Under the pieces are notes generated by a model. The model was not told where the DNA came from, did no database searches, and saw nothing but the letters and a program-made list of their open reading frames with translations. A stretch of DNA of 64,000 nt, from NCBI GenBank assembly GCA_040285825.1, contig JAUPSS010000010.1:1176881-1240880 (forward strand). The letters run 5' to 3'. The DNA is from Eukaryota sp. TZLM1-RC. Taxonomy: Eukaryota > Protista > Metamonada: BaSk clade. The position numbers and the translations under genes are program-made. Shown here one piece after another: positions 49,264 through 58,466 of the stretch (the first letter of the stretch is position 1; each line of letters starts with the position of its first letter).

Positions 49264-52200
49264 CTACAAAAGACCACCAACATCCACTGATAAATCATCA
49301 CTATCGTCATCTTGATTATGACTATTTCTAATACCATGTTCATTCTCAGTATCATCCTCAGAAGGAACATCACTGTGTTCAGTTGAATTGACCTCATCAT
49401 TTTCGCTTTTACCATCATTAGCCACTTGTTCTGATTGTTGCTCTTGTTTCGATTCTTTTGACTCTTTAGGTTCTTCCACAGGAGAAGGATTGTCAAGGGG
49501 AACATTGTATTTGCCTCTAACTTGTTTGACTGCTCTTCTTTTATAAAGTGCCAAAATGGCTTGTTTTGTTGGAGATAAAACCTGTTCTGTCCTATATTTG
49601 AAACAAGCATTAACCACAGCTTCTCCAAGTTCTACAACATCTGGGTGCGCAAGCTCAGACTTTGCCTTTGTAACAAATTTAGAAATAACATCAAAAGACT
49701 TGGCAGTTGCAACAATTTGCGCAAACTTCTCGTTACAAGTTAGTAGAAAAATAGATCTAATGCAGTTCAACAGTATGTGGTAATCAGTAGACAGAATCAG
49801 CAATCTCAACAAATACGGAAGAACAAAGAAAGTTCCTTCCAAAGTGTTTGGGAAGATTACAATTTGGGAAACTAACCTGGTTAGTGAATTAATCGAATGA
49901 ATACTAGTCGGGTTGAAATCAACTACTTCAGTATTTTCTGGAACAAATCTTTTAATCATATTCCTAAGGGCATTATGAATATCATTTACTAATAAATGAG
50001 CCACTTGTCCTTCTAATTTACTCAACAAATAACCCAAATCTGCAGTCCATGCTATAAGGAAGGGACGATGCCTAAAGGAGCGTAACATGAAGGTCAAATT
50101 ACTACAAACCAAGCTTGGAGGTAATACCGCTAGTATTCTTGAACTTCTAGCAAACGATTCCAAACTTCCCAAAACAGAAATCATTGTTATTCTTCTCCTT
50201 CTCCAATGTCGGAGATTCTTGAGCATGTTAGTTAAAGGAGTATCTACAAGGGATTCGGCAAGTCCCAGATTCTTCCTAGCAAGAGCTTGCAAAACATGTA
50301 GTGGAGGGAACTTTCCTTTTTCTTCAAGGGAAGTTCGGAGTCTGGTGACTTCTGAAGAAATTTGATCGTAATGTTCAAATTCCTTAATTAAAACCAGACC
50401 TGCAAAATCTTTTCTGATTGAGATAGTGAAAAGGCAATTTGCCAAGGCATCCACGACATTAAAGAAAATTCCAGGATATTGAACATCATCTTTAGTTTCA
50501 AACAAATCATCAGAATCAATCTCCGAATCCTGTCCTTGGCCATAGAAATCCATGAAGAGTGACAAAAGCTCCGCAACTAGCTCAACTACCCCAGTATTTT
50601 CAAGAGAATTCCTGTGACTTTTTGATAAACACTTTAATGTTGTGGATAATACTGATTGGTGCACTTCATTAAAGAATTCCTCAGAAAAGTTAGAGATCGA
50701 ACTATTTGATTTGAAAAGATTAATGGCTTCAGAAAGAGTGACCTTAACCTTTGAAGGGTCGATTTGTTCCACAACAGTCTTTAGGTTTTGTGAAGAAAAT
50801 TCTTTAGGATACGGCACTAATAATCCAGCAAGAGTTTCACGTGAAACGATGGCAAATTCTTCTTTCAGCTCCTGTATCTCTGACTGGGAAGCTTCATCAA
50901 GGTCACCATCACGTTCTTGATCACGTGATATTTGATTGGCAATGGTTTGCAGAACCTGATCATCTTGAGCTGCCTTGGCAGCAAGCTCTTCTCTAAATTT
51001 TTGACGTTGTAAAGCTCTATACCTGGCTGTTTTTGAAGCAGTTGAAAGTTTGACTAATTTTTCCTTTTCTTTTGTTTTTCTTAATTTCTCAATTAATTTA
51101 GCTTTCTTGGCAGATTTTTCTCTAATCTTGTTAGTTTGAAATTCCTCCAATGAAAGAATCCACTGAGAAGGTACACTGTCCACAGAATGGAATGAAATAA
51201 TTGCCCGAAGAGAACCAAGAATATTTGATTTTAGCAACTTTTTGGTAATAATTGGATTCCAGCTCATATGGAAAATCGTTAAAAACAAAGGCAAACAGAC
51301 TTTCAAGGGGGGAACGGCGCCTGATTCTGACCTGTAATCAAGCACATGATTGATTGCAATCACGACATCATCAAGTTTGACCAGTAAAGACTCTGGGAAA
51401 GTGTCAGATGCACTAGTGAGGTAGGAAATAAAAGAAAACACTGAACAAGCGAATGAATAATGTCCAGGCCATCGTTTTAAACCATTTCCCAAGTTGGAAA
51501 CGCAATCAATCATATTTGATTGGATTGGATTGAGTGATGATGAAGGTAAAGTTGCAGTAATTAGGTACAAGCAACTAGCAGAAAGCTCAAACAGTTGAAC
51601 ATTTTCAGAACGGCAACCTATAATGGAATTGATTGAATCAATCACTTTGGGGGTTATTAACTGATCAGCAACGGAAGCTTCTGGCTTGACCAACATAGAC
51701 TCTAAAGTGGCCAGAAAGGACCTACACACCACCAAAGTGTCGATTCTTTTAATCACCAAGTCACAAAATAAAGATAAATCAAAACTATTAATAAAAAAAG
51801 TACAAATGTCAGGCAAAAGATTCAAACTTAGTGTACACGAAGCTATTTGCTCCTCAACTACATTAGAACTAGGTTCTGTGCTACTGAACAAAGATTGGAT
51901 TAAACTCAATAACAATTCTTTTTGGGTTACTAAATGTCTTGTTTTTTTATCAATTGAGATTTTTGTTAATAAAATTAAACTTGAATGTATAATGGGTAAA
52001 CTCCAATAACTTTGTGAAAAAACAACATTAAAATGAAAAGATTGTAAAAAGCAATTAAATGTTTCAGCTGTTGGGGAAAGTAAACCGAGAATGAAATTGG
52101 AAAATTCTAAAACAGAGCTGGAGTTGGAGACTAGGGTGAAAGAATTTGAAAAGTTTGGTTGCATGAATCTTGAAATAATTGGAATTGAACGTGAAGCTAA

Positions 52201-54165
52201 ATTCCTAAATGTAGTGTTTTCTCCTATACTGTTTTGATAGAAAGACTTGGCTGCCAATAGAGATTTAACTAAACCAACCAATAGCTGGGGTGTAAAAGCC
52301 TTGATATCGATTCCTAAAATATTTGAAACAACATCAAAAAAAGATTCGTTAAACGTGGAATTGAAATAGTCTATTACAACGACATCACCCTCAAAATCAC
52401 TCTTTAACAGTTCAATCCCCCCAAAAAGACCCCAAACCAAACTTCCTATAGAGTTTGAGAGTAGGTGTAGTTTGGTTTGGGGAGTGGACTTGGGGTCCAT
52501 TGCTTGAGCAAAAGAAATTCTCCTTTTTAAAACTTTTCTGAGTAATTTGGTTCCACCATTGAAATAAAAATTGATAAATGTTTGGTAATAATTACTTTTG
52601 ATGATTTGAGTTAACAAATTACCAACTTCAATTAAAACAATTGAAGAAGAAGGGAAATTTTCAAGACAACTGGTCAAAAAAGGGATCAAAAGTCCAGAAT
52701 TAACTTGACTTCCAATGACTGATAACGTGAGAACACGTGCTACTCCAGCACAAACATTACTAGACCCAAATACTAAAGAATTCCGATCAATTAAGGCATA
52801 AAATCGAAGGCAAATACTACCAAAAAGTTCCCTCAAAGCTTCCTGTGAATAGTCATTTGATGATAAATTGTTGTTACAATTATGAATGGAGAGGTCCACA
52901 TCCATCATTGACAGAATAGACACAAAGACCTTTGCAAGAGTGGTCAAGGCGGAGATGATGACGTCATTGTCTGAAGGGAAAACGGCAATCAGGTCAAAAA
53001 TAACGTGATTGATTGAATCTAATTGACTGATTTCTATATGATTAATCAAGCCCAGCAACTCGTCAATCACGACAAGAAAGGAAACACATAACCCTGCAAC
53101 ATTCTTAATGACACTAAAAGAGCTCATGACAGCCATCAACCCCACCTTGACCAAATATTCAGAAGGTTGACCAGAGAGTTCATTGAATCTAGTCAAGAGT
53201 CGCGATAGTGCAACCAAAGAGGGCGCACAGATGGCAAAAGTGTTGTCAAATTGATTTAAAAACTTAATTAACAAATTACAACAAACTTCACAATGGCTAC
53301 TTGTTAAATAATCCAAAGACTGTGTAGAAATAGAGGTCAAAACTTGAGAAAAACCTCTGGCTGACCTAATGTTAATAGAATCACAATCAATCACGTCAGC
53401 AATCAATTCCAAATGATTGAACAATAAGGTTCTACAGGGAGACTTCGCAAGAATAACCAAACAATCTAGGGTAACGGGAACAAGGGTAGATAATTGAGAA
53501 TTGCTTATGATCCGCACTAAGTAAGCCAAATTATCCCTGACAAACGTCAACTCTTCGCAAGAGACAATAAACTCTAGGACGAGAGAGATGCATGAGATTG
53601 AACTAGAGGTGATATGGGAACGTAAAAGGTGCTTGAGGATGGAAGAGAGGAGAAAAGGCAGTTTTGAAGAGAGGATAGCCTTGGGGAGGTTAGGAGAGGA
53701 GCTGTAAAACAAAACTTCAAGCGCATATGGAAGAGTGCTGGAGGAAGGGTCCAAGGAAGAGAGTAGAGGGTTGATAGTAGAGTCTTGCGAGAAAAACGAA
53801 ATGTTATCAGGGTTTTGGAAAAAGACTTGGAAAAAGGAGCTGATGGAGTGAGCTACGTCGGCAGGAGAACTAGGAAGGAGTGATATAAGTGAAGGAGCAA
53901 AAGAGGAACTCGTTTCAGCGGAAATGACATTGTATTGACGTGTTACACTGATCAGAAAAGAAATTGTTTTAACCAAGGTGGAGGGAGAAAGCGATGGCAA
54001 ACATAGAGAGAGGTGAGGAAGGATATCCTGGCAGAATTGTGTGCATATTTTAGAATTAAAAGCAGTTGCTGAGAGAGAGGAGATAAGATCTCCAATAAAG
54101 TGATCTGGATCCTTGAGTTCCCCAGAATCGCGTAGCTGTTCTGCAAAGAAGCCGAGAGAAGGCAT
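49264..54165 (-). CDS. Large ARM/HEAT-like helical protein (~1633 aa)
   Basis: 4.9-kb open frame, Leu/Ser-rich helical repeats, coiled coil, acidic tail. Probable start ATG 54165; ATG 54192 lies in the Fanzor end. Confidence 0.85.
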   Translation of the reverse strand: MPSLGFFAEQLRDSGELKDPDHFIGDLISSLSATAFNSKICTQFCQDILPHLSLCLPSLSPSTLVKTISFLISVTRQYNVISAETSSSFAPSLISLLPSSPADVAHSISSFFQVFFQNPDNISFFSQDSTINPLLSSLDPSSSTLPYALEVLFYSSSPNLPKAILSSKLPFLLSSILKHLLRSHITSSSISCISLVLEFIVSCEELTFVRDNLAYLVRIISNSQLSTLVPVTLDCLVILAKSPCRTLLFNHLELIADVIDCDSINIRSARGFSQVLTSISTQSLDYLTSSHCEVCCNLLIKFLNQFDNTFAICAPSLVALSRLLTRFNELSGQPSEYLVKVGLMAVMSSFSVIKNVAGLCVSFLVVIDELLGLINHIEISQLDSINHVIFDLIAVFPSDNDVIISALTTLAKVFVSILSMMDVDLSIHNCNNNLSSNDYSQEALRELFGSICLRFYALIDRNSLVFGSSNVCAGVARVLTLSVIGSQVNSGLLIPFLTSCLENFPSSSIVLIEVGNLLTQIIKSNYYQTFINFYFNGGTKLLRKVLKRRISFAQAMDPKSTPQTKLHLLSNSIGSLVWGLFGGIELLKSDFEGDVVVIDYFNSTFNESFFDVVSNILGIDIKAFTPQLLVGLVKSLLAAKSFYQNSIGENTTFRNLASRSIPIISRFMQPNFSNSFTLVSNSSSVLEFSNFILGLLSPTAETFNCFLQSFHFNVVFSQSYWSLPIIHSSLILLTKISIDKKTRHLVTQKELLLSLIQSLFSSTEPSSNVVEEQIASCTLSLNLLPDICTFFINSFDLSLFCDLVIKRIDTLVVCRSFLATLESMLVKPEASVADQLITPKVIDSINSIIGCRSENVQLFELSASCLYLITATLPSSSLNPIQSNMIDCVSNLGNGLKRWPGHYSFACSVFSFISYLTSASDTFPESLLVKLDDVVIAINHVLDYRSESGAVPPLKVCLPLFLTIFHMSWNPIITKKLLKSNILGSLRAIISFHSVDSVPSQWILSLEEFQTNKIREKSAKKAKLIEKLRKTKEKEKLVKLSTASKTARYRALQRQKFREELAAKAAQDDQVLQTIANQISRDQERDGDLDEASQSEIQELKEEFAIVSRETLAGLLVPYPKEFSSQNLKTVVEQIDPSKVKVTLSEAINLFKSNSSISNFSEEFFNEVHQSVLSTTLKCLSKSHRNSLENTGVVELVAELLSLFMDFYGQGQDSEIDSDDLFETKDDVQYPGIFFNVVDALANCLFTISIRKDFAGLVLIKEFEHYDQISSEVTRLRTSLEEKGKFPPLHVLQALARKNLGLAESLVDTPLTNMLKNLRHWRRRRITMISVLGSLESFARSSRILAVLPPSLVCSNLTFMLRSFRHRPFLIAWTADLGYLLSKLEGQVAHLLVNDIHNALRNMIKRFVPENTEVVDFNPTSIHSINSLTRLVSQIVIFPNTLEGTFFVLPYLLRLLILSTDYHILLNCIRSIFLLTCNEKFAQIVATAKSFDVISKFVTKAKSELAHPDVVELGEAVVNACFKYRTEQVLSPTKQAILALYKRRAVKQVRGKYNVPLDNPSPVEEPKESKESKQEQQSEQVANDGKSENDEVNSTEHSDVPSEDDTENEHGIRNSHNQDDDSDDLSVDVGGLL

Positions 54166-54178
54166 TCTTGTGGAGGTG

Positions 54179-54260
54179 TGGGAAATTCCCATAAATACAC
54201 GATCAATTTTCGTGTGGAATAATTACAAAAACTATCTACTACACAGATACTGAGGCCTTT
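54179..54260 (-). ncRNA. Candidate omegaRNA scaffold at the right end of Fanzor family A
   Basis: About 50 nt after the stop are conserved between both copies; hairpin ACACGA-AAAUUGA-UCGUGU with possible outer AUUCC/GGAAU pairing; expected position for a Fanzor omegaRNA. Confidence 0.55.
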
Positions 54261-55568
54261 CATTGCCACTCATTCTGGCTTCAGCAATTGCAAACATATT
54301 CAGACAAGCCAGCTTATTTCTATTGAAAAGCTTTGTTGAGCCTTTGTTACTGAGTTTGCAACTTTGACTGTTACAAGCTAATAAACCATGACATGTAGTA
54401 ACTGGAGTCTTTTCTCTTCTATACACTCTGGGATTTGTTACTCTCAAAAACGTAGCAACCTTTTCAAAACAAACAGGACATTTTGCTGAAGTGAAAGCTT
54501 CATTAATCATCAATACTTCAAATCCATTTCTCTTCAGAAATTGAATCCATCCAATGCCTCGAGTAGGTCTCTGATGTTTCAAATTTTTAAAACCTTTTTT
54601 ACCATAATCACCCATTAGTATTAAAGTGTCTTTCGGGTTGCCAAACTGCTGAACAAGGCTTTTTAACAACCAACTTTCAGTCTTTTGCTTGTGAATAAAA
54701 ACTTGCATTTTATGAATGCTCCACAAGTCAAGACTGTAAAATTCAATTGTCAAAAAAACTTGCCGAAGTTTGGCAACCACAAAGTTGGAAAAATCTATAA
54801 AAGTTGCTGAATTTGCAGCAAACGCGGATAATTCGGTGTTTGCATCTTCATTTGTCATTTCGTTAGACTCTATCATTTGGTTTCTGTTGTAATCTACCTC
54901 AGTATACTTTATCGCCCATCGTTTTTGCTTTTCATTCATCCTACTTTTCAAAGACCAGGAAATCTGAGTCATTCTCAACCATTTGTACTTCTTGTCTTGA
55001 TTCATCACCCCACTATTTTTTTGCTGTTCCGTTTCATGTTCAGGCACCATTGCTAGTTCTTCATCAGTCTTTTTGCTGCCGCAATACAATAAATCACGTT
55101 TTCCAGGATCACAAACAACAATTCGTTTGTCTTGAAAAGTATCAACATCAACATCATCAATATATAAATCCGAAATTCTGGCCTTGTTGTCTGGCTTACA
55201 TTTCTGACCTTGTAAATCCTGACGAACAAATTCTAATGCAATATTAAATCCATCTGTGTGGATAATGTTGTGGAATTTATAGCTCTTCTGTTTGAACATT
55301 GGTTAGACCAAAAGTCAAATTGCTCAGGTGGATTGAATTTCGCAATTTGGGCTAATGTATTGGACATCTTCAGCGTCTGTGTAGATGATAAATCATCCAT
55401 CAATGTTTGTTTAACAATTCTCCATAGTGTTCTTGTATCAATAGGAAAATATCCAGGGCCTACAGTGGTTGAAACAGGAGAAATATGACAAGGTTTTATC
55501 TCTCTACAGGAGCTATATTGGGCAATTGTAATTGCTGGTGTTAGGAATATTTGAGGATCTGTTTCCAC
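54232..55568 (-). pseudogene. Fanzor1 nuclease C-terminal portion (one frameshift at about 55300)
   Basis: ISPVST...YFPIDT.TL, F...I.TDG, RuvC-I VVCDPGKRDLL, MGDYG, RuvC-II INEAFTSAKCPVC, HGLLAC...C, RuvC-III FNRNKLACLNM, RPQYLCSR. Confidence 0.9.
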
Positions 55569-55574
55569 AGATCC

Positions 55575-56175
55575 TCATTATAAGGGCCAGTGAAATTGAA
55601 TAAATATCTTTATCTTTTATCTCTATTCTGTACAATGTCTAACCATACAGCATCAATATTTACTAGTTTTCGTCGATTCATTTACAAGGTCTACATCACT
55701 TGTACCTTTAAAAGAACTTAATGCCTTAGAAGTTGCAGATGCTTTGATATGGAACGTCTGCGCTATTTTTGGCATATCTATGTCTATACATAGTGACAAT
55801 GGCCCTGAGTTCGCCAACGAATTATTTAATTTGCTTTGCCAAAGAATGTCAATTGAAGTGTCTAAATCAATTCCTTACCATTCTGAGAGCAATGGATTGG
55901 TTGAAAGAAAACATCGAGATGTGATACAATGTATAAGGAAATTATTAATAGATTACAACGACTATCATTCATGGTCCACATATGTACCTATAACTCAACT
56001 ATTAATTAATTCAACCAAAAGTAGAATAACAAATCACACTCCATACGAACTGATGTTTGGGTCATCTATCAGCCCAAGATCAGATCCTGCTAACATCCTA
56101 GGAGGCATTTTCGATTTTGAATCCAATGTACCATTTTTGCAAGACCTCAAATTTAAGAATCAACGCCTTAAATGG
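55575..56175 (+). mobile_element. Retroviral-type (Ty3/gypsy or Ginger) integrase core fragment nested in Fanzor copy 2
   Basis: VDSFTR, IHSDNGPEF, YHSESNGLVER, NHTPYELMFG (DDE motifs). Confidence 0.85.
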
Positions 56176-56271
56176 GAAGATGTTGATTTGAGGTCATTGA
56201 TTTGAATTGAATCAATGGATCAGGCTTGAAACCACTACGACTTGGCTCAATTTTTTTGACCTTATTCGGTT

Positions 56272-57270
56272 TCAATGGTTTTTTGTCAAAATCTGCCTGT
56301 TCTCAATATTCAACATTGTATTCTCAATACAAATTTCTCGGTTCAGTGCATTTTGTTGTTTTTTCAGCTTACGCTTTGATGTTTGTTGGTCAAAAATCGC
56401 ATTTCTAATAATTTTTGATAGAGGAGTTGATTCAAAATTAGATCTTCTCTTTCTGGGACCAGGATTTGCTTCAACATCTCCATCAATTGTTAAATCAACA
56501 GTAAATGGGTTTGTTGATAGAAGATGTTGGCAGCTTCTGGATTGAAAAGATAAATTATAAACATAATAATCAAACTCAACATTATCAAAATAACAATTTA
56601 AGACACAACATCCCATATCTAAAGTGCAAGAATCTAAACCACAAAAATGAACAAACTCATAAGCATCAAAACAACAATGTAAAACAAAACATATACAAAA
56701 GAAACATCCCACATCCACAGTACAAGTACGTAAACCACGAAAAACAACAAACCCAAAAACATCAAGACAACCTTTCAAAACAAAACACAAACAAGAAAAA
56801 CATCCCATATTCAAAGTACAAGTACCTAAACCAAAAACATCAAAGTAACAACAATGTAAAACAAAACACAAACCAGAACAACATCCCATATCTACAGTAC
56901 AAATAGCTAAACCATGAAAAACAACAAACTCAATAACATCAAAGTAACAATTCAAAACAAAACACGAAGAAGAAGAGCATCCCATATCCAAGGTGATTAG
57001 CACCATTGCTGATTCAACAGCACCCATATCATGACTCACATGATGACTCAGAAAAGTGCAATACTCTACCCCCACGGAAGAATCAGAACGACGATTTCGA
57101 TAAGAAATCGAGACTCTGACCTTCCGTTTATTCCTGTAAAACAGAATGACTGTTCCCGACTGAGGAGTTCGGGAAGAAGTACTCGGCTGTTCTTTGAACA
57201 ACAGGTTGAAGGAGGAGGTGGGAACTGAGTCCGTAACCTCGTTATCCTTGTTCTCCTTTTGTGGATGCAT
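56272..57270 (-). CDS. Fanzor-A leader ORF: Cys-rich hydrophobic repeats, 2A/StopGo motif, basic NLS-like stretch
   Basis: From ATG 57270 (MHPQKENKDNE...) to DLTIDGDVEANPGP-RKRRS (motif at 56455-56496); the frame ends at 56272. Confidence 0.65.
   Translation of the reverse strand: MHPQKENKDNEVTDSVPTSSFNLLFKEQPSTSSRTPQSGTVILFYRNKRKVRVSISYRNRRSDSSVGVEYCTFLSHHVSHDMGAVESAMVLITLDMGCSSSSCFVLNCYFDVIEFVVFHGLAICTVDMGCCSGLCFVLHCCYFDVFGLGTCTLNMGCFSCLCFVLKGCLDVFGFVVFRGLRTCTVDVGCFFCICFVLHCCFDAYEFVHFCGLDSCTLDMGCCVLNCYFDNVEFDYYVYNLSFQSRSCQHLLSTNPFTVDLTIDGDVEANPGPRKRRSNFESTPLSKIIRNAIFDQQTSKRKLKKQQNALNREICIENTMLNIENRQILTKNH
56570..57030. repeat. Degenerate tandem repeats (~5 units, ~80-100 bp)
   Basis: Recurrent AAACAAAACAC...ACATCCCATAT...AGTAC on the + strand, encoding CT.DMGC...CFVL.C.FD on the - strand; absent from copy 1. 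Confidence 0.75.
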
Positions 57271-57309
57271 ATTTTGACCAACGAAATTATTTGTGGAGTT
57301 TTTCAAGAC

Positions 57310-57625
57310 GTTTAACCTACGAACCTTTATATGCACCTTTACGAACACATGGGGCTGTTGCCACTGGTCCACTGGCACTTCATACCCAAGGCAACTCATC
57401 TATGATTGCTGCGGCAGTTGAACATTCCTTCATTGTTTACTCCACAGATCGATTACACATACTCTACACTGGTCCTCCTCTTCCTGGACCTATCAGTCAC
57501 ATGATATGGGTGAAGCGAGTTTTAGTCTTCTCTATATCCAATTCTGTCTACTCGTGGACACCTGGATCTCAAACAACTTCTGTCGTCCTCTCTTCCCATG
57601 CCCACATAGCCTCTCTACTCATTTT
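57310..57625 (+). pseudogene. N-terminal fragment of UTP21/WDR36
   Basis: LYAPLRT.G.V...P......G....I..AVE.SF.VY....L.ILY..P..P..I matches the Utp21 N-terminus; no ATG; ends after ~105 codons. Confidence 0.7.
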
Positions 57626-58466
57626 GATATAGAAACGGATATTTCAATTGGAAGCAAGCTGTATGTAAGAATAATTGAAAAGGTGTGGAAAACCTTTGTT
57701 TTCCTTCAAGTTGAATGATCCAAATGATCTTCAAATTTTGATTGACTATTGACTTGACTTTTGATTGAGGCTATCATCTGTTGAATTGATTGGGTGTGGA
57801 AACTTTAAATTTAATATTCACAATTGGCAGTGGTCTATTTGTTCTGTATGAAAAGAAAGCAGTAAATTGGTAAAGTCCATTTATATTGTGTGGGAGTTAT
57901 AGGTGGTACAGACTGTGCTGCTTTGACCACAGATTTCTTATATCTACAAACCTTAGTTACTACTAAAATGTTATATCAGGAACGTGTCCAACTTCAAAGC
58001 CCAATTAAATGTTCAATTACGTTCCCTTTCAGATCAATTAATGCAAATACTGAAACTAGAATGTATTACAGTCCAATTGATTGAAAGCCAGTTTTGCAAA
58101 ACAGATCTGGTAAAAAATGCTGTGAGTAGGTTTAGTGATTGTTATGCTTGTTTGGAGTATACTGAATACAAAATAGTATTTTAAATTAACAAAAATAGAG
58201 TTTTTCCAAATAAAATTGATCGAATTGAGTTACACGACTTGAATCATCTTGAAAAATCCTGAAAACTATTTGTATAAAGCTAAAAACATAAGGTTCAAAA
58301 AGTCGTGGAGAAATGTTGAACAAAAGATGGAAGATGACAAACAAGAATCAAATAAATAATAATGTGAGCATAAGGTCAAAGTTTATTAGCATGGATAGAA
58401 ACGTGCTTTGATTGAGTTGATAACTGAAATACTTGTTTGATAAATAAGATAAAACACTAAACCAAA

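Larger units (their letters stand above)
54179..57270 (-). mobile_element. Fanzor1 element, family A, copy 2
   Basis: Homology with copy 1 runs from an ATG (57270 / 14060) to GGGAATTWCCCA (54179 / 11701). Contains leader ORF, 2A motif, nested integrase fragment and Fanzor coding region. Confidence 0.9.

Noticed and set aside
54166-54192. ORF-track N-terminal extensions MGISHTSTR (and MPLFHTK... at 11691-11750)
   Set aside because: They start inside the Fanzor right end; the downstream ATGs are the likelier starts, though use of the in-frame ATG 54192 cannot be excluded.
56505-56906. Gln/Asn-rich + strand ORF
   Set aside because: Most simply the antisense shadow of the Cys-rich repeats; the 2A motif supports the minus frame.
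57271-57399. First 43 codons of the 375-aa ORF
   Set aside because: Outside the homology with copy 1 and antisense to the UTP21 fragment.
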